A stretch of 62,915 nucleotides of DNA, the filler included, from Basidiobolus ranarum (taxonomy: Eukaryota), in the NCBI GenBank assembly GCA_040143965.1. It is 27 parts of 27 records of this genome, joined end to end, with 100 filler letters (N's around TTAATTAATTAA, not from the genome) between each part and the next. Parts side by side here need not be neighbours in the genome. Positions count along the whole stretch, not along the records: positions 46,739 to 48,966 come from JASJQH010010486.1; positions 49,067 to 51,293 come from JASJQH010010487.1; positions 51,394 to 53,619 come from JASJQH010010488.1; positions 53,720 to 55,945 come from JASJQH010010489.1; positions 56,046 to 58,269 come from JASJQH010010490.1; positions 58,370 to 60,592 come from JASJQH010010491.1; positions 60,693 to 62,915 come from JASJQH010010492.1; 20 more parts are not named here. One strand, given 5' to 3'. Shown piece by piece: positions 48,837 through 61,466 of this stretch. Each line of letters opens with the position of its first letter. The first letter of the stretch is position 1. The translations under genes and the position numbers were made by a program. The notes beneath the pieces are model-generated. The model ran no database searches. It worked only from the letters and a program-made list of their open reading frames with translations, and had not been told where the DNA came from.

Positions 48837-49267
48837 TATTGGGAAAATATGGGCAGTTTGGAGGAACTTTATAACAGTGGAGTTGTGAATAGCTTTGTGA
48901 GAAAATTGTTTATTGTCCAGAAATAAAGCATATATACTTTTTGATGGAAATACAGAAAACTAACACNNNNNNNNNNNNNNNNNNNNNNNNNNNNNNNNNN
49001 NNNNNNNNNNTTAATTAATTAANNNNNNNNNNNNNNNNNNNNNNNNNNNNNNNNNNNNNNNNNNNNTGATCCATAGTTCTCTGAGATTTTAGCCAATCAT
49101 TTGCAACTATTTTGCGAGATCTTGAAATTTCACTCCTGAAACTGAAAAAATTGATTAAAATCAAATCTAACTTGACGATTTTATGATGGTAATTAAACTG
49201 TCAACCCCAAATGGATTAAAATTGTGATGGTTTTCCTACAATAACAATCCTCAAATTTCTGTTAGGG

Positions 49268-50348
49268 AAAGGTATATCCAGTGATAGATCTTCTGTCCTC
49301 TATATCACATCCCCAATCTGCATTACTAAACCCAATTAGATCCTTATTCTCATAAGAATATGTGTATTTCAATCCCATATCAATTGGCCCCTTCAAATAT
49401 ACAAGAATCCACTTAACTGCTGCATAATGCTCAGATCCTGGGTTTTGCACATGTTGGCTAACTACTCCCACTGCAAAAGAGATATCTGGCTGGATTCCAG
49501 TCATAGCATAGATCACACTACCTACCTTAAATTGATAAGGGAACTCAGGGCTTTCAGATGACATGTTTTGAGCCACATTTGGCTGATTTTCATCATTTTT
49601 GATGGGATTTATGACTAGTTTCACACCTGGCTCCATAGGAGTTGCTACTGGCTTACAATTCTCCATCCTGTAATGTCTGAGAATGCCTGAGATGTATTTA
49701 GATTGATTCAGAGTTATGGATTTGCTCAATATATCTGTATGGATTTGCAGGCTTAAAAAATACATATGTTCACCTAAATCAGTCATCTTGAATTGGACTG
49801 ATAGATCTCTTTTGGTGTTCCTGAGAGCTTCATCATTATTGGTAGCTATAATCAGATCATATACGTATAAGGCAGGTAGCACCTTACTGGCCTTATCTGT
49901 CTTAAAGTAGATCCCAAAATCCGCTGTATACTTTTGGAAATCAACTGATTCCAAGTATGTGTCTATCTTAGTGTACCAGGCCCAGGGGAGTTTTTAAGTC
50001 CATAAAGTGATTCTTAAGGCTTACACACATCCTCAGGGTGCTCAGGATCCACAAAACCATCTAGTTGATCCATGAATATATTCTCTTCTAAGTCTCCTTT
50101 CAAAAAAGCAATTTTAACATCCATTTGATGGATTTTTAAGCTGTGTTTTGCTGCTACTGCAAGTACAGTTCTGATGGAATTAAGCTTTGCTACAAGAGCA
50201 AATGTTTCATTGTAGTCCACTCCTTCCATTTGTGAGTATTGTTTAGCCACAAGTCTGGCTTTTTATCTTTCTACAGATCCATCAGCTTGCTGTTTAACTT
50301 TAAATACCCACTTGCATCCAATTGATTTTTGGTCATCAGGTAACTTAG
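49268..50348 (-). mobile_element. Copia RT fragment between two CMC-EnSpm termini
   Basis: [33 protein letters not shown]; end A at 49267, end B at 50349. Confidence 0.9.
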
Positions 50349-51293
50349 CCCTAACAAAAATAAAATCAATTTGATCCAGATTGGATCCACTCTCCAATAG
50401 AGCAAAACCATCAGAGAACCATTACAATATTGGTGGCTTGCATTCTGCCAGGAATTTTGATGGTGTCATGGTGGTTTCTTGACAGTATTCTGATGGTATT
50501 CATACATGTTAAAATATTAATCCTCAAATTTGGCTTGTACTATTCAATATCTGGCAATTTTGCAAAATATAATTTCCAAATGGCAAATTAATGGGTTTAC
50601 TGCTATAGGAATTCAAATCAATATGCATGCCTTTATTTAGCTATTTTAGGCTTTGTATTCCAGCCATAATGAGAATCAAAAAATTCAAGAATCTTCTTGT
50701 GTTTAGTCTCTACATATGCACATACTTGACTGATTAGACAGAACTCAACAACATAAATATGCTTTACCAGCAAACTAATGGTGGAAAAATTGCCAAACAT
50801 CTAAAATTTTGAATAGCACTGACACTTGGCTAATAGCTGACTCTTGTTACCATTCACAACGAGAATAAGATCTTGGATTTTGGCAAATTTCCATAAAGAA
50901 TTCAGCCAATATATCCCCAACTTGCAGTCAACAAATGTCCTACCACAAGTAGATATGTCATTGCTCAAATAGATCACCCCATGGCTAAAACAATAATACT
51001 GCATATCTCCATCTATCTCACCAACAAGTTTGTCTTGCAGCTTTCCTAAAAATACCATCAGATTATCACACAAGCAAATTAGTCTGATTATAGAGGTACT
51101 TACTCTGTGTCCAAGGATTGGGCTTTGTTGCTGTTATTGTGCTCAAACAATGCAAAAACTTGTGAGCACATTGAAAAGAGCCCTTTATTGGCAGATTAAT
51201 ATACTCTGGAGTTTCCTTGACCCATTGCATTACATCCATCACTGACTTTGCTGACACATTGTTAATCAGATTAGCATACAGTAATACTGACAA
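50349..51293 (-). mobile_element. CMC-EnSpm end B and distal ORF
   Basis: CCCTAACAAAAATAAAATC terminus; ORF paralogous to 41174-41614. Confidence 0.8.
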
Positions 51294-51393
51294 NNNNNNN
51301 NNNNNNNNNNNNNNNNNNNNNNNNNNNNNNNNNNNNNTTAATTAATTAANNNNNNNNNNNNNNNNNNNNNNNNNNNNNNNNNNNNNNNNNNNN

Positions 51394-52060
51394 TGTGTAA
51401 AGTTCCAGGCTTTGACAGATTTGGAAGGAAACATCATTTGGTTTAGTGGGCCACATCCAGGGAGACACCATGACAAAAGGCTTTGGGTTGAGAGGCATGC
51501 ACCAATTGTAAGATATGAGAAGACTATCGCTGATTTGGCATTTATTGGGGAAGAATGCAAAAGGCTAGGATGTGTCACTGCTAACAAGAGGCCCAGAGGA
51601 GGGATACTCACAGAGAGGCAAAAGTTTTATATTGACATTTTTGCCCATTTTAGAGCAAGAGTAGTACATAGCTTTGGTCTTCTAAAGAAATATAGCATTG
51701 TAGTAGGAAAGTATAGAGGAAAATCATCTTGTGGATGTCAATCAAAGTTAGGCAAAGTAGTCAAAATCTTGATTATTCTCAATACACTCATACTCAAAGA
51801 TATCCATTGAGAGCTCTAGACTTAAGAAACTCTGAATAAAGCTTTCATTGTCTTTTGAATATGCAATAATGCCTGAAAGTACTTTTTGTAAATGTACCAC
51901 ATAATGTCTAAAAGTACTTTTCTTAAATATACCTCATAAGTAAAATTAACTGTTTCCAAAATGGTAAATAATAACATTCCAGATAGTGTTCAATCATGCC
52001 AATTTGTGCTGGCACACTTTTTAGCTGGCCTGATCTGGTTCAATAAAATGGAACAAGTCT
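51394..52060 (+). mobile_element. DDE_Tnp_4 (IS5/ISL2-, PIF-Harbinger-related) transposase C-terminus and element end
   Basis: KFQALTDLEGNIIWFSGPHPGRHHD...IADLAFIG...KRPRGGILTERQK...FRARVVHSFGLLK. Confidence 0.82.
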
Positions 52061-52712
52061 TATGTAAAATGGTTGGTGCACATTGAGATGTTTCTGTGGC
52101 AGTGGGAACTGTCTCCCAGTATCTCAAAAGTCCAGGATCTGAGCATAACACTGCAGTAAAACAAAGATTGAGTTATTTGGGAGGAACTGCAGATATAGTT
52201 CTGGAATACTCTGGCACTCCTGATGCACAAAATCTGAAGGCTTCAGTGATACAGACTGGGGAAGAAGTCTTAGCAATAAAAGAACAACAACTGGGTACAC
52301 TTTTCTCTATAGTAAAGGAGCCATATCATGGAGTAGTAAAAAGCAACCAACAATGGCACTTTCCACTGCAAAAGCAGAGTACAAGGCTTCCTCTGCTACT
52401 ATACAAGAGGTTATATGGTTAAAGAAGTTACTTATAGACTTAGTATACATGCAAGAATGTGCTATTACTGTATTTGAAGATAAGCAAAGTTGTGTTTCAT
52501 TAGCTAAAAGCCCTACATTTCATCATAGAACCAAACAAATAGGTATTAAGCTTCATTTTGTCAGAGAAGCAATTGAGAATGACATAACTGAACTTGTCTA
52601 TTGCCCTACTGAAGAAATGATTGCTGACATAATGACAGAACCTTTAGCTAGAGCACAATTTGAATTATTCAGATATAAGTTAGGTTTTAGAGAAATACAA
52701 AATAATTGGTAA
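52061..52712 (+). mobile_element. Copia RNase H (further family), degenerate
   Basis: ALSTAKAEY, FHHRTKQIGIKLHFVRE, EMIADIMTEPL. Confidence 0.88.
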
Positions 52713-53719
52713 AGTGGGAATACTGAAAATAGATAAATAGCAACTCATTAATTAGCACTTAGTTTTTTCATATTCTGATTATGTAGCACTCAGTTTTGCA
52801 AGCAAAAATGTGCATTTATTGCTTTAATTGACAGAAACATCAATTAGATTACTATTACCAATTTTCACTATTTTTCATAATTACCTCAAATTTCACCTAA
52901 GCTTGACAGGCATGTTAATTATGATCTAAGCACATTAAATAGTTAAATTTCATAGTAAGCTATAAATCAGAAATATTCAATTCAATTAAACCTAAGTGTC
53001 TAAGTTGCAAATCCAAATCTTGCCTAAAACACTTCCAAATTCCCTAAATACTGTGATCAATGATACAAGACCTTCAGAGTGCTGTACTTGAGCTACAGCA
53101 ACATGCTGCACCATCTGTCCATTCTCATACAAGAGATGCATCCATCTAACACCTCACATAAGAATATCATGGTGACAATCTAGAAGAGCAGAATATAAGT
53201 CCAACCACTAAGCCTACACAATGACTTAAAATTACTTGGGCACATGAAAGTAGAAATCTAGTAGGAAAGCTAGCAAACCAAAAGACTTCAAATGTTGGAC
53301 ATGAAATATCTCAAAAATGTACACAATTATGAACTTGGAAAAGAGAGAATAGCAGCTAAAGATGTACTCAAGGAGCAGAAAGCTGGTAAATGCAAGAGAA
53401 AAGAAAAGGAGACAGTGAGTTTTGACTATGTTGTCTCACTAATCAAATTTTTAAACAATTAAACAATCTGAATTTCCAGAGTCAGTAACACCAACACATA
53501 TAGTGACAAAAAGGCTTAATTTAACCATGCAAACAAATAAACTAACTGCAAGAGACCAAAAGTGGTAAGTTTATCTAATACCTGGTATCTCTCAACAAGC
53601 TAAGACACTAGCAACTAAANNNNNNNNNNNNNNNNNNNNNNNNNNNNNNNNNNNNNNNNNNNNTTAATTAATTAANNNNNNNNNNNNNNNNNNNNNNNNN
53701 NNNNNNNNNNNNNNNNNNN

Positions 53720-54480
53720 CAGAGTAAGTACCTTTATAATTGGACTAATTTGCTTGTGTGATAATCTGATGGTATTTTTAGGAAAGCTGCAAGACAGACT
53801 TCTTGGTGAGATAGATGGAGATATGCAGTATTATTGTTTTAACCATGGTGTAATCTATTCAAGCAATGACACATCTACTTGTGGCAGGACATTTGCTGAC
53901 TGCAAGTTGGGGATATATTGGCTGAATTCTTTACAGAATTTTGCCAAAATCCAAGAGCTTATTCTCATTGTGAATGGTAACAAGAGTCAGCTATTTGCCA
54001 AGTGTCAGTTCTATTCAAAATTTCAGATGTTTAGCAAATTTTCCACCATCAGTTTGCTGCTAAAGCATATTGATGTTGTTGAGTTATGTCTAATCAGTCA
54101 AATATGTGCAAATGTAGAGACTAAACACAACAAGATTCTTGTATTTTTTAATTCTCATTATGGCTGGAATACAAAACCAAAAATATCTAAATAAAGGCAT
54201 GCATATTAATTCAAATGCCTACAGCAGTAAACCCAGTAATTTGCCATTCAAAAATTATATTTTTGCAAAAATTGCTAGATATTAAATAATGCATGCCAAA
54301 TTTGAGGATCAATATTTTAAAATGTATGAATACTATTAAGATACTGTCAAGGAACCACTGTCACACCATCAAAATCCCCGGCAGAATACAAGCCAGCAAT
54401 ATTGTGATGGTTGTCTGATGGTTTTGCTATTTTGGAGGGTGGATCCAATCCAGATCAAATCAATTTTATTTTTGTTAGGG
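53720..54480 (+). mobile_element. CMC-EnSpm distal ORF and end B
   Basis: ORF 53754-54194; ends ATTTTTGTTAGGG. Confidence 0.8.
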
Positions 54481-54842
54481 TAAAAGGGTTGCAAAAGATG
54501 AAAAATGTGTTGCATCTGGAAATGTGGTTACAACAGAAGATCACTTGTTCATATCTGCACTATCTATGACTACCAACAAGGATTCTCAGATGTGGTATAT
54601 TGATTCTGGAACCTCTTAACATTTCACAAATGAAAAACATTGGTTTGTGGATTATGAAGCAATCCCAATTAGAATGGTTTCATGGGAGATGACTGCAAAT
54701 TGGATGCTATTGGAATGGGAACAATACAAGCTTATTTAACTGGAGCTTCTGAAGAGAAAGTGTATCCTTTTAAGGATGTACTACATGTTCCAGATATTGC
54801 CAAGAATCTAATATCTGTATGCAAGGCCACCTCAGAAGGGCT
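54481..54842 (+). mobile_element. Copia protease region fragment
   Basis: WYIDSGTS*HFT, DVLHVPDIAKNLISV; matches 27180-27500 reversed. Confidence 0.82.
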
Positions 54843-54849
54843 ATAATAC

Positions 54850-55457
54850 CTAACATTAATAAAAATAGATTCAGTCTGTCTTCTTTAAACCTGTAATAAA
54901 GTTTTTCATATTCAATAATAAAATCTTTACGCAGTTGCTGTATCTGCCTGAGATCTGCCAATGTGAGTTGATGCCATAACAGTATATTAACAATATTCAC
55001 CAACAGCTCCCATTGTTGCCAGTACTGATCAGGCAGAAATCTTTTCAAAATTCGACTTGAATATATACAAATCCAATACTTGCAGTCTTTGCATTTGAAT
55101 AAATGCCTAGATGAGTGGATATTTAAGGGAGTCATGTAAAATATGATGGTATCTTGATGTTTCCAAGCATTTTCCCAACTGATTCAAACTTTGATCCTAT
55201 CTTGAATGGCTTATTCAAATTTAATTTTCCACTATATAGCTGAGTAGGTACAACTGGAATGTTGTTTAAAAGTAAGTGCATAGTGCCTAATGGGAAGCTC
55301 TGGCTCTAGCTGATCACTTTTAGCAATATAATCTTAGGCTTACTGCTAACACCAAGTTTGATGTTAGACTGACTATTTGGTGAATTGATATCAGTGATCA
55401 TGTTGAAATCTGACTGGGCTCTTGATGGTAAAATCATAGAGTTTAATTTTGTATTTG
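54850..55457 (-). mobile_element. CMC-EnSpm transposase fragment, interrupted by another end A at 55458
   Basis: FKCKDCKYWICIYS..LPDQYWQQWELLVNIVNILL...FIIEYEKLYY. Confidence 0.78.
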
Positions 55458-56045
55458 CCCTAAAAGAAATTTGAGGATTGTTAGCATAAGAAAACCATCA
55501 CAATTTTAATCCATTTGGGAATGACCGTTTAATTATCATCACAAAATCGTCAAGTTAAATTTGATTTTAATCAATCTTTTCAGTTTCAGGAGTGAAATTT
55601 CAAGATCTCTCAAAAAAATGCAAATGATTGGCTAAAATCTCAGAGAACTATGGATCAACACATGTGCAAAAAATGTAACTCAAATTTTACACAATTACCA
55701 CTTGAATGCCAATTTGTCACCTTTGAAATCCCTAGTCTCTTTGATATATTCTCCTGAATATTTTTATAGAGTTCTTCATACCCAAGGTTTAGCTCATACC
55801 CAACACAAGTTTGTGTCAATATCTTCATCAAAGCCCTGTTGAAGTTTATTCTCTTTATCATATTTGTTATCTCTATCTTTATACACCTAACTATTTCATA
55901 TATCACATATAAGTTAGTTAACATTACTTAGTCAAATATCACTTANNNNNNNNNNNNNNNNNNNNNNNNNNNNNNNNNNNNNNNNNNNNTTAATTAATTA
56001 ANNNNNNNNNNNNNNNNNNNNNNNNNNNNNNNNNNNNNNNNNNNN

Positions 56046-58268
56046 AAAAAAAAGCTTAAATATTCATCTAATGGATGTAGAAAATGCTTTTTTGAATGGG
56101 GACTTGGAAGAGGATATATTCATGGATCAACCAGATAGTTTTGTGGATCCTGAGCACCCTAAGGATGTGTGTAAGCTACAAAAATTGCTTTATGCACTTA
56201 AACAATCAGCTTGGGCCTGGTACACTAAGATAGACATATACTTGGAATCACTTGATTTCAAAAAGAGTACAGCAGATTTTGGGATCTACTTTAAGACAGT
56301 TAAGGACAGTATGGTGATACTTGCCTTATTTACAGATGATCTGACTATAGCTACCAGTAATGATGAAGCTTTTAGGAACACCAAAAGAGTTCTATCAGTT
56401 GAATTCAAAATGACCAATTTAGGTGAACTTGCATATTTTTTGGGCCTGCAGATCCATATGGATATAATAAGCAAATCTGTTACTCTGAATCAATCTATAT
56501 ACTTCTCATACATTCTCCAATGCTACAGGATAGAGAATTGTAAGCCAGTAGCAACTCCCATAGATCCAGGTGCAAAACTAGTCTCAAATCCCATCACATA
56601 GGATGAACATGAGCCCGATATGGCTCAAAATATGTTGTTAGAAAGCCCTGTGTTCCCTTATCAATCTGTAGTAGGTAGTTTGATATATTCTATGACCAGA
56701 ACCTGGTCAGATATCCCTTTTACAATCCAAGTAATTAGCCTACATGTGCAGAACCAGGGATCAGAGCATTATGCGGTATTTGAGTGGACTGTCAAATATT
56801 TGAAGGGGACAATAGATCTGCAATCAAGATACATATATTCTAACCTACCTATGTGACAATAGAAGATAAATTGGTTGCCACTAGATGCTTAAAGTTAAAT
56901 ACAACTCTGATGGCATATAGATAGGTACAAGAATAGATTAGTAGCCAAATGCTATTCCCAAATTTGAGGAATAATTATACAGAAATGTTTGCCCTTGTAG
57001 CAAAATTTAATCAATCAGAATGATTTTAGCAATATCAGCTAAATATCAGTTTATAAACTTCCAATGGATGCTAAACTGCTCTTTTTAATGGTGAGCTTGT
57101 TGAGGAGATCTATATAGACCAGCCAGATGGATTTGTGGAACCACAAAAACTTAAACAAGTTTGCAGACTCTGGAACACACTCTATGGTTTAAATAGTCTC
57201 CCAGGGCTTGGAATAACAAGGTAGATGCTTTTTTGGAAACACTCAAATGCCAAAAGAGTAATGCTAATTAAAGTATCTACTTAAGGTCAGATAAGACAAA
57301 CCTGGTTTCATTATTAGCCTTATGCTTGATAATCTAATTGTAGCAATCATTGACTTGAAGACTTTAGAGAAAACCAAATCCAGCTTATTAGACAAATTCA
57401 AAATGACTGATATTGGTCAACTGGCATACTATATTGAAATCCAATTTAAGATAGATAGAGCTAGCAAAATAATAGCTTGACACCAGTCTAAGTGTATCCT
57501 AGATATCCTAAAGAAGTTTAAAATGTAAGAACACAATCCAGTATCTACCTCAATGAAGACTTTCTTAACTAGACCAAAAATGACTCAAATCAGACATTTG
57601 TGAGTTCAAATGAAAGCCAGAAGTTACCTTAACCACCCATGGCTGAAAGTTTGATATATACCATGGTTGGAACATGGCCAGATATTGCATATACAGTGGG
57701 AGCTATGTGCCAATAGCTTCAAACTTGTAGCTCTAATCAAATTGTGGCAGTTGAGAGGATTTTCAGATATTTCAAAGATACAGTTAATCTGTGATTATAA
57801 TACACATGTTCAGGTTCAAACTTTGATCTGATGGGATATTCAGATGCAAATTGTGGAAGACATATTGAAGACAGGAGATCTTCAACAGGATACTTATTTC
57901 TCTGCTGTAATTGTTGAAATTAGCATTGCCTAAACACCTATATAGTCATATATAGCTTTGTACATAGTTGTCTTATCATTCACTCAGATATTATCCATTA
58001 TTCTCAATTGGATTTTACTTGCAATATTTTTACCAACTTAGAAGTTCTCAGAAATATAGTTTTTTTCAAACTTGTGCTAGAAGCCCCAAGCTTGGCACAC
58101 AAGTTACTGGGATCCTGGGACCATCCTTAACACATTATACATGTTACTTTGCTAACATCTTGTCAAAACTATAAATTTCAACTTTCTACTAAATAAATCA
58201 ATCAGTCTACACCACCAATTCCTCTAATTCTCCAAACTGATAACAATAGCCTACAAAATACTTTAACA
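56046..58268 (+). mobile_element. Two consecutive degenerate Copia RT segments and a family A LTR (57912-58268)
   Basis: MDVENAFLNGDLEEDIFMDQP; second decayed RT from ~56860; TG..CA LTR. Confidence 0.88.
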
Positions 58269-58369
58269 GNNNNNNNNNNNNNNNNNNNNNNNNNNNNNNN
58301 NNNNNNNNNNNNNTTAATTAATTAANNNNNNNNNNNNNNNNNNNNNNNNNNNNNNNNNNNNNNNNNNNN

Positions 58370-60568
58370 CATTAGTGGGGCAGCATACTCCCATCTGGAT
58401 CTAATAAATGTTCTAAAGAGATGAAGCCTGATTAAAGGAGGCCAACAAGAACCTTTGAGCTGTAGCAGCTTTAAAGTACGGGATGCTTTAGCTGTGCAGC
58501 TTTCAATATAGCTTGGCCAATCAATCCCATGCTTGGTAATGGGAAGTCCCAAGTAGTGATACATTGTTGGCGTTGGGATGTTGATACCATATAAGCAGAG
58601 TTTCCATTCCTGAGAGGGTCCAACAAAGCCTGACTTTGCGATATTGATTTCCATAATATTATCTGAGCACCATCTTGTAATGCATTCCAGTAGTTGGTTT
58701 GCATGTCCCAGGCTCTCTGGAAGAAGCATGATATCATCGGCAAATAACAATGCTGAGGGGACTGGGCTATCAGTGTTATGAGAAGCTAGTTCTTGAGCCA
58801 GATCTTCAATATAAGCATTGAATAGGAATGGTGATAGAAGTGAACCCTGAAATAGGCCACGAAATCTTGGAAATGGCAGAGATGTAGCCCCATTGACACT
58901 GATGGTTGAGTAACAGGAAGAAAATAATGTGAAGATTAATCTCACTAGCTGAGATGATGCTCCAAGATTTCTAAGCTTCTTTAAGAGTATTGATATTACC
59001 ACTCGATCGTATGCCTGCTTAAGATCTATAAATACTCTATTTGGCCTCTGATGAAGCCTTGACAAGTGGCAAGCATCATATGAAATTATTGAGTGGGAAA
59101 TAGTTGAGTAGCCCTTTCTGAAGCCTGCCTGAGAGTAATGAAAGCTTGAAAGCTCAAGTGAGTTCATATACTGGAGTAAGCAAGCCTCAAATATTCGTCT
59201 AAACATTGGTGTTAGAGCCACAGGCCTAAAGTCATTGATAGTTGCTGCCGAAGATTTCTTTGGTATAGGATGAATATGTGAGATATTCCATTGTGAAGGG
59301 GTACATCCCAATCGTAAGCAAGAGTGAAATAATTTCAACAAATCTTCTAGAAACTTTGGGCATCTAGCAAGAACTTTCACAACTTTTATATGTAACGGAT
59401 CAGGCCCAGCAGACTTGGAAGAGGGATAGCCTAAGATTGCAGCAAGGAGAGACTTTGATCTGAACCATTTTGAAGTAGAGAGAAAGTCTTGAAATTCTAT
59501 GTGTGCATTCTGTTCACAGGTGTTTGTGGAGGTTGGGACAAATGGTCTTGCAAAAACCTCCTGGAAAAAGAGAACCGCATCATCCAGGGCAGATATGCTA
59601 TAATCTCGAGAGTTTATAAGATTCTGTGAGTGTTGGAACTTCTGTGCATTCTTGAATATCATAATGGCTTTCTGTGCAGTAGACATTTTGTTGAGGGGAT
59701 CAAGTAGATATTTCTCAGCCTTTCTTGGTTTAGCTTTCACTCTTAGGACTGAATATGTTCCAAGATAGTATTCACTAATTGCTACAAGTATGGAATAAAA
59801 TATTGTATAAGCTGCATCTACTTCGGCTGATATTGTCTCAATTGGACTGCTTGCATTGATGGAATCTAGATGGCTCCAGACTGCTTGCAATGTGGAAGAC
59901 TCAAACATGTAGTGAGAGCACATCATGTTCTGAATCACTGGCTTATTCAATGGTTGAAGATACAGCTTTGTTGCACCAGAGTTTACTGTAGAGGTCAATA
60001 TTTTATCACCAAGATAAATCTCAGCCAGCATGCAGGCGTGATCGGAGAGATTATTTAGTGTATTATATTCAAATGACCATTTACCTTCCATATTGTTGCT
60101 TAAAAATATGTGATCTGGTGTGTTATGTGGGGGTGCTGGGACAAGATGATTCAATCCCAGTTGCAAAGCAAAATGGTCAAATAAATCAATTCGATTTCTT
60201 GGGCCAATCCTTGTTGAGCCATAGGTGCTCCCAAAGTGAGTGTTGATATCTCCAATCAATGCACTGATTGGAATAGAAGGCAAGTATTGAGCTAGTCTTG
60301 AACAAGTCATAGTAGGAGGAAAGTAAACTGCCATGATACTGATAGAAAGCAAAGTAATTGTTAGTGTGTAATCTGTGATGATAACTGTGGATATATGATT
60401 TCGTAAATGAGGGGATATCAGGCAAAGCAGACCAGCTCTGTGATGTCCCCTCTCTGGCTTTGGGCCAACCTTTTTTGAAGAGGCAAGAAACAATGGATGT
60501 GAAATATGTAAGGCATGATCCACAAACCATGTTTCAGCTAAAAAGACCAAGTCAAAAGACTCTGTCAT
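58370..60568 (-). CDS. Non-LTR retrotransposon (LINE) ORF2: APE endonuclease + reverse transcriptase, 3'-truncated by contig end
   Basis: LVFLAETW, GDIN, PDH, SDH (APE); KSAGPD, FRPVALT, QAGFRKG, FIDLKQAYD, GLFQGSLLSPFLFN, FADD, YLG (RT); no stops over ~730 codons. Confidence 0.95.
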
Positions 60569-60692
60569 TATGTCTAGAACTTTATACCACTTNNNNNNNN
60601 NNNNNNNNNNNNNNNNNNNNNNNNNNNNNNNNNNNNTTAATTAATTAANNNNNNNNNNNNNNNNNNNNNNNNNNNNNNNNNNNNNNNNNNNN

Positions 60693-61466
60693 TATGGTCA
60701 CATCGGTTCTCAGCTCAGTGTGTTGGCAGAATCCATGGGTATGTCAGTATACTTTTATGATGTGTTGCAACTGATGCCTCTGGGTACCGCGAAAACCTGT
60801 GAATCTCTCGATGAGCTTCTGGAGAAATCCGACTTTGTTACTCTTCACGTACCCGAAACTTCAGAAACCAAGAATTTGATAGACAAAGCAGAACTTTACA
60901 AAATGCGTAAAGGCTCCTACTTAATTAACGCTAGTCGTGGAACTGTCGTTAATATTCCAGAATTGGCGGCGGCTTTAAGATGCGGACATTTATCCGGTGC
61001 TGCTGTCGATGTCTACCCTCAAGAGCCCGGTGCTAATGGTGAAGGGTTTGTCAGTGAACTTCAGGGTTGTCCTAATACTATACTCACACCCCATATCGGT
61101 GGTTCTACTGAAGAAGCTCAGTCTATGATTGGCATCGAAGTGGCTGGTGCTATAATCAAATACATCAACTATGGCACTAGTCTGGGCGCTGTTAACTTTC
61201 CACAAGTTAATCTTCGTGCCATCAATGCCAATGAATCCAAAATTATCCGAGTTATTCATACTCACCACAACGTTCCAGGTGTGTTGAAGGAAGTTAATAA
61301 CATCTTGGCTAAGCACAATGTAGAGAAGCAGATTTGCGACTCCACTGGAGATATTGCCTATCTTATGGCTGATCTGACAATTAGTGAAGGTGAAGAAGAT
61401 TTACACAAGCTTTACCAGAGAATAGGGGCCATACCTGAAACCATTATGACCCGCGTTTTATATTAA
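60693..61466 (+). CDS. SER33: D-3-phosphoglycerate dehydrogenase (SER3/SER33-like), 3' part
   Basis: YGHIGSQLSVLAE, DFVTLHVP, LINASRG, ILTPHIGGSTEEAQ, ACT domain HHNVPGVL..TRVLY*. Confidence 0.93.
   Translation, partial: YGHIGSQLSVLAESMGMSVYFYDVLQLMPLGTAKTCESLDELLEKSDFVTLHVPETSETKNLIDKAELYKMRKGSYLINASRGTVVNIPELAAALRCGHLSGAAVDVYPQEPGANGEGFVSELQGCPNTILTPHIGGSTEEAQSMIGIEVAGAIIKYINYGTSLGAVNFPQVNLRAINANESKIIRVIHTHHNVPGVLKEVNNILAKHNVEKQICDSTGDIAYLMADLTISEGEEDLHKLYQRIGAIPETIMTRVLY

Noticed and set aside
2245-60692. Regularly spaced TTAATTAATTAA repeats resembling an array
   Set aside because: Synthetic six-frame-stop linker inside N-runs; ORFs ending in X..LIN are artefacts
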